62,374 nucleotides of DNA from Actinomycetes bacterium (GCA_014190035.1 BJFU01000003.1:1-62374), one strand, 5' to 3'; shown: positions 49,213 to 60,106, counted from the stretch's first letter. The notes: a model not told the origin generated them from the sequence alone. Numbers and translations are program-made.

Positions 49213-50241
49213 TTACGCTCCAAAGAAAGCGGTAGCTTCGCGGTATCTCTCCGCCGGAACTGTCTTTAATACTCCTGTTGCACTTTCTAATGCAACTCTA
49301 ACAATGTTTGTGCCATGAAGCGCAACCATTTGTCCGAAAGCTCCATCATTTAATGCATCTGCTGCTGCAAGTCCTAAACGATTTCCAAGATTTCTATCAA
49401 AAGCAACTGGGGTTCCACCGCGTTGTAAATGTCCAAGTACAACACTTCTTGATTCAATTCCAGTTAATTCTTCTAATCTCTTAGCAAGTCCTTCGCCAAC
49501 ACCAGAGAGTTTTACGTGACCAAATGCATCAAGAGTTGAATCTTTTGTTACCAGATCTCCATCAGTGCTAAGTGCACCTTCGGCAACGACCACAATTGCG
49601 TATTGATCTCTTTCAAATCTCTTTTTAACCCAAGTCGCAACTTGGTTAATGTCATATTTTTCTTCTGGAATTAAAGTAACTGCGGCATCTCCAGCCATAC
49701 CTGTTTCTAAGGCAATCCAGCCGGCGTGACGTCCCATTACTTCAACGACTAATACGCGGTGATGAGAACGAGCGGTGGTGTGTAAACGGTCTACTGCTTC
49801 AGTAGCAATTGCTACAGAGGTTTGAAAACCAAAGGTGTAATCAGTATTTGATAAATCATTATCAATAGTTTTTGGAACTCCAATTACTTTGAAGTTCTTT
49901 TTGTGCAATTGAGTAGCAACACCAAGAGTGTCTTCTCCACCAATTGCAATTAGAGCATCAACGTTAAGTTTTTTTAAGTTTTCTTCAATACGAGCAACAC
50001 CGTTTTCAATTTTGATGGGGTTAGTTCGAGAAGATCCAAGAATTGTGCCACCTTCATCATTGATGTGAGCAACGTCAGCCAAAGTTACGGGACGAGTTAA
50101 TCCTTCTAAAGGACCTTTCCAACCATCTTTGAAACCAACAAATTCATATTTGTATGCGTTGATACCTTTGGTGACAACACCACGGATAACGTTATTTAAT
50201 CCTGGAGCGTCTCCGCCACCAGTAAGAATGCCAACGCGCAT
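49213..50241 (-). CDS. pfkA: 6-phosphofructokinase (mixed-substrate/PPi-type clade)
   Basis: ILTGGGD.PGLN, GGTILGSSR, GGEDT, PKTIDND, MGRHAG, GHLQRGG. Confidence 0.95.
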   Translation of the reverse strand: MRVGILTGGGDAPGLNNVIRGVVTKGINAYKYEFVGFKDGWKGPLEGLTRPVTLADVAHINDEGGTILGSSRTNPIKIENGVARIEENLKKLNVDALIAIGGEDTLGVATQLHKKNFKVIGVPKTIDNDLSNTDYTFGFQTSVAIATEAVDRLHTTARSHHRVLVVEVMGRHAGWIALETGMAGDAAVTLIPEEKYDINQVATWVKKRFERDQYAIVVVAEGALSTDGDLVTKDSTLDAFGHVKLSGVGEGLAKRLEELTGIESRSVVLGHLQRGGTPVAFDRNLGNRLGLAAADALNDGAFGQMVALHGTNIVRVALESATGVLKTVPAERYREATAFFGA

Positions 50242-50296
50242 TTTCAAACATCCTTAAGTAATTAAGTAGTGAAGACTTAATTTTATCGTAAACGCA

Positions 50297-50983
50297 CTAT
50301 TCGCGTTCTTTAAGGGCTTCCTTGGCTGCTGAAGCATAAATATCTACATATTCTTGTCCAGATAATTCCCGGATTGCTTCCATAATTTCGTTGGTGACCT
50401 TTCTTAAGGTCTCAGCGTTTCGAGCATCTCCGTAGTGAGCTGAGAAATCCAAAGGCTTACCAAAAATGATTCCAACTCGTCCAACTTTAGGAACCATTCG
50501 ATCTGCAGGTTGTAATTCGTAAGTGCCAATCATGGCAACTGGAACTACTGGAACTTTTGCTTCCAATGCCATACGAGCAACACCAGTTCGACCTCTATAA
50601 AGTCTGCCGTCTGGAGATCTTGTTCCTTCTGGATAAATTCCTAAAGCATCACCCTTATTTAAAATGTCAATTGCAGTTCGCAATGCTGCTTCTGCAGCAG
50701 AGCCACCTGCTCTATCAATTGGAACTTGTCCAACTCCTGTGAAAAATAATTTAGAAACAAAACCTTTAATTCCAGAACCGCGCCAGTAATCAATCTTTGC
50801 TAAAAATGTAATTCTTCTTCTAACCATTAATGGCAGAAAAATAGAATCAATAAAAGAATTATGGTTGGGAGCAAAAATTACTCCACCAGTTTTAGGAATA
50901 TTTCTTTTGCCTTTAGTCCAAGGTCTAAACATTAAACGTAAAGGAATCCACAAGAAAACGTATTTCACAACATAGTAAAACAC
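50297..50983 (-). CDS. plsC: 1-acyl-sn-glycerol-3-phosphate acyltransferase
   Basis: NHNSFID (HX4D) and YPEGTRS motifs. Confidence 0.9.
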   Translation of the reverse strand: MFYYVVKYVFLWIPLRLMFRPWTKGKRNIPKTGGVIFAPNHNSFIDSIFLPLMVRRRITFLAKIDYWRGSGIKGFVSKLFFTGVGQVPIDRAGGSAAEAALRTAIDILNKGDALGIYPEGTRSPDGRLYRGRTGVARMALEAKVPVVPVAMIGTYELQPADRMVPKVGRVGIIFGKPLDFSAHYGDARNAETLRKVTNEIMEAIRELSGQEYVDIYASAAKEALKERE

Positions 50984-51058
50984 TTTTGTCTCAGATCTCC
51001 TTATTCGTTTTTGCTAGGTGATTAGAATACATTGCTTGAATGTAGATGTTAAATCTCT

Positions 51059-51823
51059 TCACAAATCAAGGACAAATGGGCGCTTTGTTGCTCTAAAGTG
51101 CCCAACATTTATACATTCTGTTTTTCCCACTCTGGTTCGACTTGCAAGTGGTTGATGCACATGACCAAAGAGTGAATATTTGGGTTGATACTTCTTTATG
51201 TATTCCAACAACGCAATACTTCCTCTTTCAAATCTTCTAGCTATAACATCAAAAGTAATATCTGCAATTGCAGGCGGGATATGGGAACACAAAACATCAA
51301 CTGGACCAAGAGCATCAACATTCTTTTGAAATTCTTCATCAGTTATTTCATAGGGGGTGCGATAGGGAGTTTTTAATCCTCCCCCAACAAAACCAAATTT
51401 CAATCCACCAATTGCTACCACTTGCCCATCTAGAACAGTCATTCCTTCTTTTTTAAAATTAGGCCAAAATTCCGGTCGATCAACATTTCCATAAGTTATA
51501 TAAGTTGGAGTTGGCATAGCACTAAATATTTGTTCATATTGTTTTTGAACTTCACCATTTATTAGTTCTTCTCGATTACCTAATTCATCCCACTTCTTCA
51601 TTGCCACTGCTCTTGCTTCATCAAATCGATTAGCAGTTCTTAGCCTTATAAATTCTGTATTTAACTCGGCACCAAAAAGAGAACCCATGATGCCGTTGCC
51701 TGGATCTTCATAATCGGTGTAAAGCAAAAGATCACCTAAGCAAATAAGGGCATCAGCATTTTTCCCCGCTTCAGCTAAAGCATCAATCCGGGCATGAACA
51801 TCACTAATCACGTTTAAGCGCAC
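51059..51823 (-). CDS. Calcineurin-like metallophosphoesterase (start taken at GTG 51823)
   Basis: SDVH, LGD, GNVD, SHIPP, FGHVH. Confidence 0.88.
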   Translation of the reverse strand: MRLNVISDVHARIDALAEAGKNADALICLGDLLLYTDYEDPGNGIMGSLFGAELNTEFIRLRTANRFDEARAVAMKKWDELGNREELINGEVQKQYEQIFSAMPTPTYITYGNVDRPEFWPNFKKEGMTVLDGQVVAIGGLKFGFVGGGLKTPYRTPYEITDEEFQKNVDALGPVDVLCSHIPPAIADITFDVIARRFERGSIALLEYIKKYQPKYSLFGHVHQPLASRTRVGKTECINVGHFRATKRPFVLDL

Positions 51824-51879
51824 GACTATTAGATTACGCACTTAAGTCAAAACAGCAATTTGCTACTACCCTTTGACTC

Positions 51880-53112
51880 GTGAGATCTATTAATTTGTTT
51901 CTTCGAAACATTCCGGCGCTATTTTTCTCCTGGAGTGCTTCTCGATATGTGCTCTTTTTGTTCATCACTTTGGTTCTTCCCTATCCAGAAGGTAAATGGT
52001 TAAAAGGTGATGTTGATTTATATAACTTCTGGGCAAAAGGACTCGTTAAAGGAATATTTCCCATTGATGACTCCATGTGGCAATATCCCCCACTTGCTGG
52101 AGTTGTATTTGCAATTCCCCAATGGCTATTTGGTAATGCTTTAACAGGTTTTATTGTGTTCATGATTGTTATTGATTTACTGATACTAATTACTTTGTTA
52201 ATTGCTGGTTTAAATAGATTTAAATTTAATTCCTCTTCTGTAAGTCTTAATGGTTTAAGTGGATCTTGGTTTTGGGTCTTGTGGCCAATCTTGATGGGAC
52301 CACTTGCTTTAACCCGATTTGATGTAGTTCCCACACTTTTTGCTCTCCTTGCTCTAATTGCTTTATCCAACAAGAAAATTCGTCCCTACCTTTCAGGATT
52401 CCTGTTAGGAATTGGTGCGTTAGTAAAACTTTGGCCCATGCTTTTATTTGTTGTTTATCCAAAAAAAGTAATGATGAAAGTTTCAGCAAGCTTTGTGACC
52501 ACTCTTGTACTGGTAGTTCTATTTATGAGCACTTGGAGTGTTGGTTTTACTAACTTTTTAAATAATCAAACCTCTAGAGGATTGCAGGTGGAATCCATTG
52601 CGGCCACACCTTTTGTCTTAGCAAAGTTATTGGGAGCAAATGTTGAATATCCCTTTAGATATGGATCACTAGAAGTACAAGCTGCATTCGCTACTGAAAT
52701 TGGCTTTCTCCTAAATCTATTTACCTTAATTGTTTTCATTGTTTTGTTTGTCTTGAATTATCAAAACAAACTCAATAATTTGAATCTTTTTGATAAAGCT
52801 TTAGTGATAGTGATGATTTCGATTGCTTTAAGCAGAGTGTTCTCACCACAATTTTGGGTTTGGATAGGTGGGCTTGCAGCCCTTGCTCTAATCAATAAAG
52901 AAACAAAATTGAAGAAAGTTATAGTTTTACTTTCTATTTCTGCTTTTTTAACTCAACTGCTCTATCCAGGCCAATACGTTCAATTACTTTCAGGGGAATT
53001 CTTTGCCACACTTCTGCAAATATCCAGAGTTACCCTGTTTGTTTGGGCGTTAGTGTTAGGCACAAAGTTGTTACTTAAACCAACTAGTGGCAAAGTTAAT
53101 GAATATGTCTAA
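51880..53112 (+). CDS. GT87-like membrane (polyprenol-phosphate sugar) glycosyltransferase
   Basis: GDV..Y, WQYPP, RFD..P, KLWP, RGLQVES, SPQF motifs in a multi-TM protein. Confidence 0.82.
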   Translation: MRSINLFLRNIPALFFSWSASRYVLFLFITLVLPYPEGKWLKGDVDLYNFWAKGLVKGIFPIDDSMWQYPPLAGVVFAIPQWLFGNALTGFIVFMIVIDLLILITLLIAGLNRFKFNSSSVSLNGLSGSWFWVLWPILMGPLALTRFDVVPTLFALLALIALSNKKIRPYLSGFLLGIGALVKLWPMLLFVVYPKKVMMKVSASFVTTLVLVVLFMSTWSVGFTNFLNNQTSRGLQVESIAATPFVLAKLLGANVEYPFRYGSLEVQAAFATEIGFLLNLFTLIVFIVLFVLNYQNKLNNLNLFDKALVIVMISIALSRVFSPQFWVWIGGLAALALINKETKLKKVIVLLSISAFLTQLLYPGQYVQLLSGEFFATLLQISRVTLFVWALVLGTKLLLKPTSGKVNEYV

Positions 53113-54253
53113 AACTCTGGTGATCACAAATGATTTCCCACCAAGACCAGGTGGGATACAAACCTTTGTCCACGGATTACTAGAAGGCCTAGATCCAAAT
53201 GATGTGGTGGTTTTAAGTTCTAAATACAAAGGCTGGCAAGAATTCGATAAAGCACAAAAATATCCAGTCTTTAGACATGACACCGAAATGTTGTTACCCA
53301 CAAAAGCTGTGGGAGATCACGCATTGAAATTAATCAAAGAACACAACTGCGAATCCGTTTTATTTGGTGCTTCCTCCCCCTTGGGATTACTTTCTTCTCG
53401 ATTGAAAAACAATGGTGTTAAAAAAACAGTTGCTCTTACTCATGGACATGAAGTTGGCTGGGCATTTACCCCAGGTTTGAAACAAACTTTCCAAAAGATT
53501 GTCAAAGATGTAGACAAATTAACCTATTTAACCAAGTTCACTTATGAAAAAATTGCTGAAGCTATTAGTGATGAAGAATTAACCAAATTTGAACAATTAA
53601 CACCTGGAATAGATATCAACATGTTTAATCCTGAAAATGTGAACAACGGACAAGCAAAAAGTGTGCGTGACAGATTCAAACTTGGGGACAAACCAGTAGT
53701 GGTTTGTGTATCAAGACTTATGCCTAGAAAAGGTCAAGACACATTAATTAATCTTTGGCCAGAAGTTTTAAAACAAGTTCCTAATGCTCATTTGTTGATT
53801 GTCGGTGGAGGACCTTATAAACAGCATTTGCATAAACAAATGTTTGATAATGAAGTTCATCAATCTGTAACAATTACTGGATCTGTTTCTTGGAATGATT
53901 TACCCGGTTTTTATGCAGCAGGAGATGTTTTTGCGATGCCGGTTAGAACTAGAAACTTAGGTTTTGATGTAGAAGGTTTAGGAATTGTTTATCTAGAAGC
54001 TTCTGCTACAGGGTTACCTGTCATTGCTGGAGATTCAGGTGGAGCACCAGATGCAGTCATTGAAGGAATAACTGGATTTGTCTTAAACTCTAAAAAGGAA
54101 ACACTGTTAGTAGAAAAAATAGTTGAATTACTACTTAATAAGGAATTAAGTCATCGCTTAGGCAAACAAGGAAGATCCTGGATTGAAAAGCAATGGCAAT
54201 GGCCATCTCGTCACTTACAACTTAGAAAACTCTTAGCCACTGACATGTCTTAA
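53105..54253 (+). CDS. GT4 glycosyltransferase, PimB-like (start taken at ATG 53105)
   Basis: TNDFPPRPGGIQ, HGHE, SRL.PRKGQD, EGLGIVYLEASA. Confidence 0.88.
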   Translation: MSKTLVITNDFPPRPGGIQTFVHGLLEGLDPNDVVVLSSKYKGWQEFDKAQKYPVFRHDTEMLLPTKAVGDHALKLIKEHNCESVLFGASSPLGLLSSRLKNNGVKKTVALTHGHEVGWAFTPGLKQTFQKIVKDVDKLTYLTKFTYEKIAEAISDEELTKFEQLTPGIDINMFNPENVNNGQAKSVRDRFKLGDKPVVVCVSRLMPRKGQDTLINLWPEVLKQVPNAHLLIVGGGPYKQHLHKQMFDNEVHQSVTITGSVSWNDLPGFYAAGDVFAMPVRTRNLGFDVEGLGIVYLEASATGLPVIAGDSGGAPDAVIEGITGFVLNSKKETLLVEKIVELLLNKELSHRLGKQGRSWIEKQWQWPSRHLQLRKLLATDMS

Positions 54254-54409
54254 GGGCGGTACTAATCCTGATTCGGCTAAGACTTGAAAAGCTTTAACTT
54301 CTTGCTTTTCTAGTATTTGTGGTTGTTCCAAAAGAAAAGACACCACACAATCGTGACAAGAAATATCTTTCATCACGCAACTATTGCAATCGATTTTTAT
54401 GTTTTTCAT
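54233..54409 (-). CDS. Small actinobacterial Cys-rich hypothetical protein (start taken at ATG 54409)
   Basis: IDCNSC...SCHDCVV..LL...VLAESGLVPPLR; GAAGG RBS; directly after trpD. Confidence 0.72.
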   Translation of the reverse strand: MKNIKIDCNSCVMKDISCHDCVVSFLLEQPQILEKQEVKAFQVLAESGLVPPLRHVSG

Positions 54410-54419
54410 ACCTTCAAGA

Positions 54420-55472
54420 TTAGGTATGGGGTCTGACACTTTCTGAGTAATTGGCCCAAGTATTCAAAACATGCAAACTTGCCCCTGATTCCACACTGCC
54501 CTTGGCTCTGGCAAAGGCTAATTGCATTTGGGTGAAGAAATCTACCCCTAAGTTTTCATAAGCCACAATTGAGGCCGCAGCATTAACACATATTGCATCT
54601 TGAATAGGTCCTGATCCATTTTCAGATAAAGCTTTTCTAATTAATTGCGCATTATGTGTGGCATCTCCTCCAGCAAGTTTTTCCACACCAGCTTTAGCAA
54701 TTCCTAGTTCTTGAGCATCAAATTCAAATTCTTTAACTTCTCCACTTCGAACATCCCAAATTTGAGTTGGTCCTCCAATTGAAATTTCATCTAGTCCATC
54801 GTTTCCTCTAACTACAAATGCCGAAGTTTTTCTATTGGCTAGAACTTGGGCAATTATTGGTGCCATCTTTAAATTTGCAACTCCCACAACTTGAGCTTTT
54901 GGTTGAGCAGGATTTGCTAATGGCCCCAAGATATTAAAAACTGTGGCAACTCCTAATTCTTTTCGAACAGGGCCAACATGTTTCATTGCTGGATGAAAGG
55001 TGGGAGCAAAGCAAAAAGTAATGCCACATTTTTCAAAACTTTCCTTAACTTGCATTGGATTCATGCTGGTTAATACACCTAGTGCTTCTAATACATCTGC
55101 TGATCCAGATTTTGAGGATGCTGCACGATTGCCATGTTTAACTACAGGTATGCCGCAACCTGCTACCACTAATGCTGCAGCAGTTGAAATATTTACTGTG
55201 CCTAAAGAATCTCCACCAGTTCCACAGGTGTCTACTGCGTCATTTGAAATATCAAGTTTGACCGAATGCTCCAACATCACTTCAACAAATGAAGTAATCT
55301 CAGATGGGCTTTCACCCTTTTCTTTTAAGCCGAGCAATAATTGTTTAATTTCATCATTTGTGGCATTGCCATCCATGACAGTATTCATTGCCCACAATGA
55401 TTGAGCAGAAGTTAAATCAGTTTTGTTATTTAATGAAGCAAAGATTTCCGACCAGGAAATCGAGTTACTCAT
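54420..55472 (-). CDS. trpD: Anthranilate phosphoribosyltransferase
   Basis: DTCGTGGD, NIST, KHGNRAASSKSGSADVLE, FNILGPL.NP, DGLDE. Confidence 0.96.
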   Translation of the reverse strand: MSNSISWSEIFASLNNKTDLTSAQSLWAMNTVMDGNATNDEIKQLLLGLKEKGESPSEITSFVEVMLEHSVKLDISNDAVDTCGTGGDSLGTVNISTAAALVVAGCGIPVVKHGNRAASSKSGSADVLEALGVLTSMNPMQVKESFEKCGITFCFAPTFHPAMKHVGPVRKELGVATVFNILGPLANPAQPKAQVVGVANLKMAPIIAQVLANRKTSAFVVRGNDGLDEISIGGPTQIWDVRSGEVKEFEFDAQELGIAKAGVEKLAGGDATHNAQLIRKALSENGSGPIQDAICVNAAASIVAYENLGVDFFTQMQLAFARAKGSVESGASLHVLNTWANYSESVRPHT

Positions 55473-55915
55473 TTGACTGGGATAGCTGTTTTGTCAGTTC
55501 GGCGCAACAGCGTTGTTGCAACTTCAGTTAAAACAACTGGATCAATCGGCATTGGGACAACGCCTTCTGCTTTTGACCAGGTTGCAAGCCAGGCATCTTG
55601 AGATCGTTGAATAAGAACAATGATTGGTGGGCAATTAAAAACTTCATCTTTGGCGTTGCGAGCAATTCCCATGCCACCTGCAGGAGCTGCTTCGCCATCA
55701 AGAATTGCTAAATCAATATTTCCTGCTTTTAGTTCTCTTTTCACAACAGGTTCTGTTGCTACTTGAATAAATTCAATTTTTGGTAAATCTTTGGCAGGTC
55801 TTCTACCTAATCCAGTCATGACTGCATCACGAATACGGCGATCATCGGAATAGACCAGCACTCGTAGTTCGTGCGCTTGTGAAGTTGTATCGGCCACGAA
55901 TGTAACATTAGTCAT
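55469..55915 (-). CDS. Stand-alone atypical receiver-domain protein (start uncertain, 55915 or 55897)
   Basis: VLVYSDD, ILDGEAAPAGGMG, DAWLATWS; usual actinobacterial ctaE/trpD neighbour. Confidence 0.78.
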   Translation of the reverse strand: MTNVTFVADTTSQAHELRVLVYSDDRRIRDAVMTGLGRRPAKDLPKIEFIQVATEPVVKRELKAGNIDLAILDGEAAPAGGMGIARNAKDEVFNCPPIIVLIQRSQDAWLATWSKAEGVVPMPIDPVVLTEVATTLLRRTDKTAIPVK

Positions 55916-55968
55916 AAGTGGAGCGCCCAAGCACATTTCCCCCATCAATACAGTGACAGAATAGATAT

Positions 55969-56559
55969 ATGTCAGCAGCAACGCTTTCTAATCAAAGAAT
56001 TAATCGTCCCAACATGGTTGCCATCGGCACCATCGTTTGGCTCTCAAGTGAATTGATGTTTTTCGCAGCCCTGTTTGCAATGTATTTCACGCTTCGTGCT
56101 GTTAACCCAGATGTTTGGAAACTTGAAACAGAAATGTTGAACATTCCTTTTTCTGCAGCTAACACCACAATTTTGGTTTTAAGTTCTGTAACTGCTCAAC
56201 TTGGAGTATTTGCTGCTGAACGTGGCGACAAGGAACGTTTAAGACTTTGGTTCATTATTACTTTCTTAATGGGTGCAGTATTCGTAGGTGGACAAGCTTT
56301 TGAATATGCAGAATTAGTGTATGAAGGTTTAACTCTTTCTTCTTCACCATTTGGTTCAGTGTTTTACATAACTACAGGTTTCCACGCCCTACACGTAACT
56401 GGTGGATTAGTCGCATTTCTATTTGTATTAGCCAGAAGCTATGTCCGACCAAAGATGACCCATGGCTTGGCAACTTCAGCTGTGGTGACTTCTTATTACT
56501 GGCATTTTGTGGACGTTGTCTGGATCGGTCTTTTCGCGACTATCTATTTAGTGAAATAG
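55969..56559 (+). CDS. ctaE: Cytochrome c oxidase subunit III
   Basis: [28 protein letters not shown]. Confidence 0.95.
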   Translation: MSAATLSNQRINRPNMVAIGTIVWLSSELMFFAALFAMYFTLRAVNPDVWKLETEMLNIPFSAANTTILVLSSVTAQLGVFAAERGDKERLRLWFIITFLMGAVFVGGQAFEYAELVYEGLTLSSSPFGSVFYITTGFHALHVTGGLVAFLFVLARSYVRPKMTHGLATSAVVTSYYWHFVDVVWIGLFATIYLVK

Positions 56560-56571
56560 GGATAACTTAAA

Positions 56572-57366
56572 TTGGCTAACTTGGCAAAATTTAGAAGAAA
56601 CAGATTTGCTTCTGTTCTAGTTTTGTTTTTTGCTCTTGGCTTAGTTTCAATTGGATTTAGTGGTGTTAATAAATTAGTAACTCCTGCTGCTGCAAAAATT
56701 GGTAGCGAGGAAACTTTGGTTGATAAAGGTTCAGCACTTTTTGCTGAAGGTTGTTCTTCTTGTCATGGTCTAAATGGTCAAGGTACAAGTGATGGTCCAA
56801 CTCTTGCTGGTGTTGGAGCAGCTTCTGTTCATTTTCAAGTTTCAACTGGTCGTATGCCAATGGCAGCACCAGGTGCACAAGTTATGCGCAAGAAACCAAG
56901 TTACAACGAAGAAGAAACTCTTGCTTTAGCTGCTTATGTTGCAACATTTGGTCCTGGTCCTGCAATTCCTAGTGAAGAGCAAGTTAATGAATGGCAAAAC
57001 GCAAGTGTTTCTGAAGGTGGAGAATTATTTAGAACAAATTGTGCACAATGCCATAACTTTGCGGGTTCTGGTGGCGCGTTAACTAATGGAAAGTATGCAC
57101 CAAGTCTTGGTCAAGCAACTCCATTACAAATTTACGAAGCAATGATTACAGGTCCACAATCAATGCCAATTTTTAGTGACGAAACCTTAACTCCAGAATC
57201 AAAAGCTGCAATTATTCGCTACATCCAAGAATTAAATAAATCAGAAAATCCAGGCGGTATGGATTTGGGAAGACTAGGCCCTGTTACTGAAGGTTTAATT
57301 TTGTGGGTTGTTGGTTTGGGTGTCCTAATTATTTTTGCAGTGTGGATTGGAGCACGAGTTAGATGA
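56572..57366 (+). CDS. qcrC: Cytochrome bcc diheme cytochrome c subunit
   Basis: Two CxxCH motifs (CSSCH, CAQCH). Confidence 0.95.
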   Translation: MANLAKFRRNRFASVLVLFFALGLVSIGFSGVNKLVTPAAAKIGSEETLVDKGSALFAEGCSSCHGLNGQGTSDGPTLAGVGAASVHFQVSTGRMPMAAPGAQVMRKKPSYNEEETLALAAYVATFGPGPAIPSEEQVNEWQNASVSEGGELFRTNCAQCHNFAGSGGALTNGKYAPSLGQATPLQIYEAMITGPQSMPIFSDETLTPESKAAIIRYIQELNKSENPGGMDLGRLGPVTEGLILWVVGLGVLIIFAVWIGARVR

Positions 57367-58430
57367 CAAATGAATTTGATATCAATAACACTTTTGATCC
57401 TGATAGCGAAAATCAAGCCCCTAAGGTTTCTAAAGAAGTTGCCACCAAACTTCCCACCCCTGCCAAAGGTGTTGATCACTACTTAAGAAGAACAGACACT
57501 GATCCAAAAGCAGCTAAAAGAGCAGAACGTCAAGTTGCTGCCTTTTTTGGTGCTTCTTCTTTGTTCACATTAATTTTCGTAGTTTCATTTTTTGCAATCC
57601 CTAGAGAAACCAAAATTGCGGTTTCACTAATTGGGGTAACAAGTGCTCAAAATATTGTTTTAGGAACTTCATTTGGTTTAGCAATTTTGTTTATTGGAAT
57701 TGGTGCCATTCATTGGGCTAAGAAATTAATGCCTGATGTGGAAATGGTGCAAGAACGTAAAGAAATGAAACCTTCTGATGAAGTTCAACAAGAGGCCCTT
57801 GATGCGTTTCGTGTTGGTGCCACAGAATCTGGTGTTGGGCAAAGAAAACTAATTAGAAGATCTCTTCTAGGTGCTCTTGCTTTATTCCCACTGCCCTTTG
57901 TTGTGATGTTAAGAGATTTAGGACCAGCTCCTAAAGGTGAATTAAGAAAAACAGCTTGGCAAGAAGATCTACACATTGTTACTGACATTACTTATGCAAA
58001 AATCAGACCAGAAGATATTCCAGTTGGAAACCTAATTTCTGCCATGCCTGAAAATATCTTGGAAATTCAAGAAGAAGAGGGCAACCTAAACGAACGTGGC
58101 AAATCTGCGATTTTGCTTGTTCGAATGCGCCCTGAGGACATAAAAAGCCAACAAGGACCAGATTGGGACTACCAAGGCATCGTTGCTTACTCGAAAATTT
58201 GTACTCATGTGGGCTGTCCAATTGCGCTTTATGAACAAAGGACCCATCATTTATTATGTCCCTGTCATCAGTCGACTTTTGACCTAGCTGACTCCGGACA
58301 ACCAATATTTGGACCTGCAGCAAGAAGATTGCCGCAGTTAGCAATAACGGTGGACGAAGAGGGATACCTAATCGCTCGCCAAGGATTTCAAGAACCAATT
58401 GGACCAAGTTTCTGGGAGCGTGGTGCATGA
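57363..58430 (+). CDS. qcrA: Cytochrome bcc Rieske iron-sulfur subunit
   Basis: CTHVGC and CPCHQS Rieske motifs; three TMs and internal RRSLL Tat motif. Confidence 0.96.
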   Translation: MTNEFDINNTFDPDSENQAPKVSKEVATKLPTPAKGVDHYLRRTDTDPKAAKRAERQVAAFFGASSLFTLIFVVSFFAIPRETKIAVSLIGVTSAQNIVLGTSFGLAILFIGIGAIHWAKKLMPDVEMVQERKEMKPSDEVQQEALDAFRVGATESGVGQRKLIRRSLLGALALFPLPFVVMLRDLGPAPKGELRKTAWQEDLHIVTDITYAKIRPEDIPVGNLISAMPENILEIQEEEGNLNERGKSAILLVRMRPEDIKSQQGPDWDYQGIVAYSKICTHVGCPIALYEQRTHHLLCPCHQSTFDLADSGQPIFGPAARRLPQLAITVDEEGYLIARQGFQEPIGPSFWERGA

Positions 58431-60106
58431 GTAACACAACAGCAAATAAGAAAACTCCTGCTGCATATAACTATGTAGATAGCAGAGTTGGTTTTTCAGC
58501 TGCTCTAAAGCGCAATTTGCGCAAAGTGTTTCCTGATCACTGGTCATTCATGCTTGGTGAAATTGCACTGTATTCATTCATCATTTTGTTACTTACTGGA
58601 ACTTTCTTAACTCTTTGGTACAAACCATCTATGACTGAAGTTATTTACAACGGTTCATACATTCCTCTTAAGGGAATTCCAATGAGTGAAGCTTATGCCT
58701 CAACTTTGGAAATTTCATTTGATGTTCGTGGTGGAATGCTTATAAGACAAATACATCATTGGGCTGCGCTGTTTTTCATTGCTGCCATGGTTGTGCATTT
58801 ATTAAGAGTTTTCTTCACAGGTGCTTATAGAAAACCACGTGAATTTAACTGGTTACTAGGTCTTGGATTATTAACACTTGGCCTTCTAGCAGGTTTTTCT
58901 GGTTATTCATTACCTGATGATTTGCTTTCAGGAGTTGGGTTAAAGATTGCCTCAGGAATTGTGCAAGCACTTCCTGTAATTGGAACTTGGGCTTTGTATT
59001 TCCTCTTTGGTGGAGAATTCCCTGGAACCGAAGTTATTTCTCGACTTTATTCAATACATATTTTGTTATTACCTGGTGCAATTTTGGCTTTGGTAACTGC
59101 CCATTTATTACTTGTATGGACTCAAAAGCACACTCAATATCCAGGTCCGGGCAGAACTGAAAAAAATGTTGTCGGTTATCCGTTACTTCCGGTTTACACA
59201 GCTAAAGCTGGTGGATTTTTCTTCATCGTGTTTGGTGTTACAACTTTGTTGGGTGCTCTTGTCACCATTAACCCAATTTGGTTATACGGTCCATACACTC
59301 CAGATCAAGTAACAGCAGGTTCACAACCTGATTGGTACATCGGATTCTTAGAAGGATCTCTTCGAGTAATGCCAGCAATTGAATTTAATATTTTCAATAC
59401 CTGGACATTTTCACCAAACGTACTAATTCCTGCCTTAATTCTTCCAGGATTAATGTTTGCACTGATGGGTGCTTATCCATTTCTTGAAAGCTGGATTACT
59501 GGAGATAAGAGAGAACATAACTTATTAGATCGTCCAAGAAATGCACCAACAAGAACTGCTCTTGGCACAATGTCTCTTTCTTTCTACATCTTGTTATGGA
59601 TTGGTGGCGGAAACGACATCGTGGCCATGGCATTTAACATGTCAATTAATGCCATTACTTGGTTTATGCGAGTTGCTTTAATTGTTGTTCCTCCATTGGT
59701 ATTCATAATCACCAGAAGAATTTGTCTTGGATTACAAAGAAATGATCTAGATAAATTGTTACATGGAAAAGAAACTGGTCGAATTCTTAGACTTCCAGAA
59801 GGTGGATTCGTAGAAGTTCACTCCCCTGTATCTGAAGCAGAATTGCCAAAACTTCTTGCTCGTGAAACCTATCCTGTTTGGGAATTGCCGCAAAAAGTTG
59901 ATGCCAATGGAATTAAAACTCCAAAGTATCGCCGTCAATTAATGAAAGCCAAGTTAAGCGCCTGGTGGACAAAGGGAGATCTTCCAATCCCAACCATGAA
60001 AGAAATTCAATCAGGACAACATCATGCCCATGAAGCATTAGAACAAGCTCATGAATTCGGTGTTGAACCTGGTAAAGAAGAAATCGTTACTTCAACAAAT
60101 CACTAA
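58427..60106 (+). CDS. qcrB: Cytochrome bcc cytochrome b subunit
   Basis: HWSF.LGE, RQIHHWAA, PDWY Qo motif. Confidence 0.96.
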   Translation: MSNTTANKKTPAAYNYVDSRVGFSAALKRNLRKVFPDHWSFMLGEIALYSFIILLLTGTFLTLWYKPSMTEVIYNGSYIPLKGIPMSEAYASTLEISFDVRGGMLIRQIHHWAALFFIAAMVVHLLRVFFTGAYRKPREFNWLLGLGLLTLGLLAGFSGYSLPDDLLSGVGLKIASGIVQALPVIGTWALYFLFGGEFPGTEVISRLYSIHILLLPGAILALVTAHLLLVWTQKHTQYPGPGRTEKNVVGYPLLPVYTAKAGGFFFIVFGVTTLLGALVTINPIWLYGPYTPDQVTAGSQPDWYIGFLEGSLRVMPAIEFNIFNTWTFSPNVLIPALILPGLMFALMGAYPFLESWITGDKREHNLLDRPRNAPTRTALGTMSLSFYILLWIGGGNDIVAMAFNMSINAITWFMRVALIVVPPLVFIITRRICLGLQRNDLDKLLHGKETGRILRLPEGGFVEVHSPVSEAELPKLLARETYPVWELPQKVDANGIKTPKYRRQLMKAKLSAWWTKGDLPIPTMKEIQSGQHHAHEALEQAHEFGVEPGKEEIVTSTNH

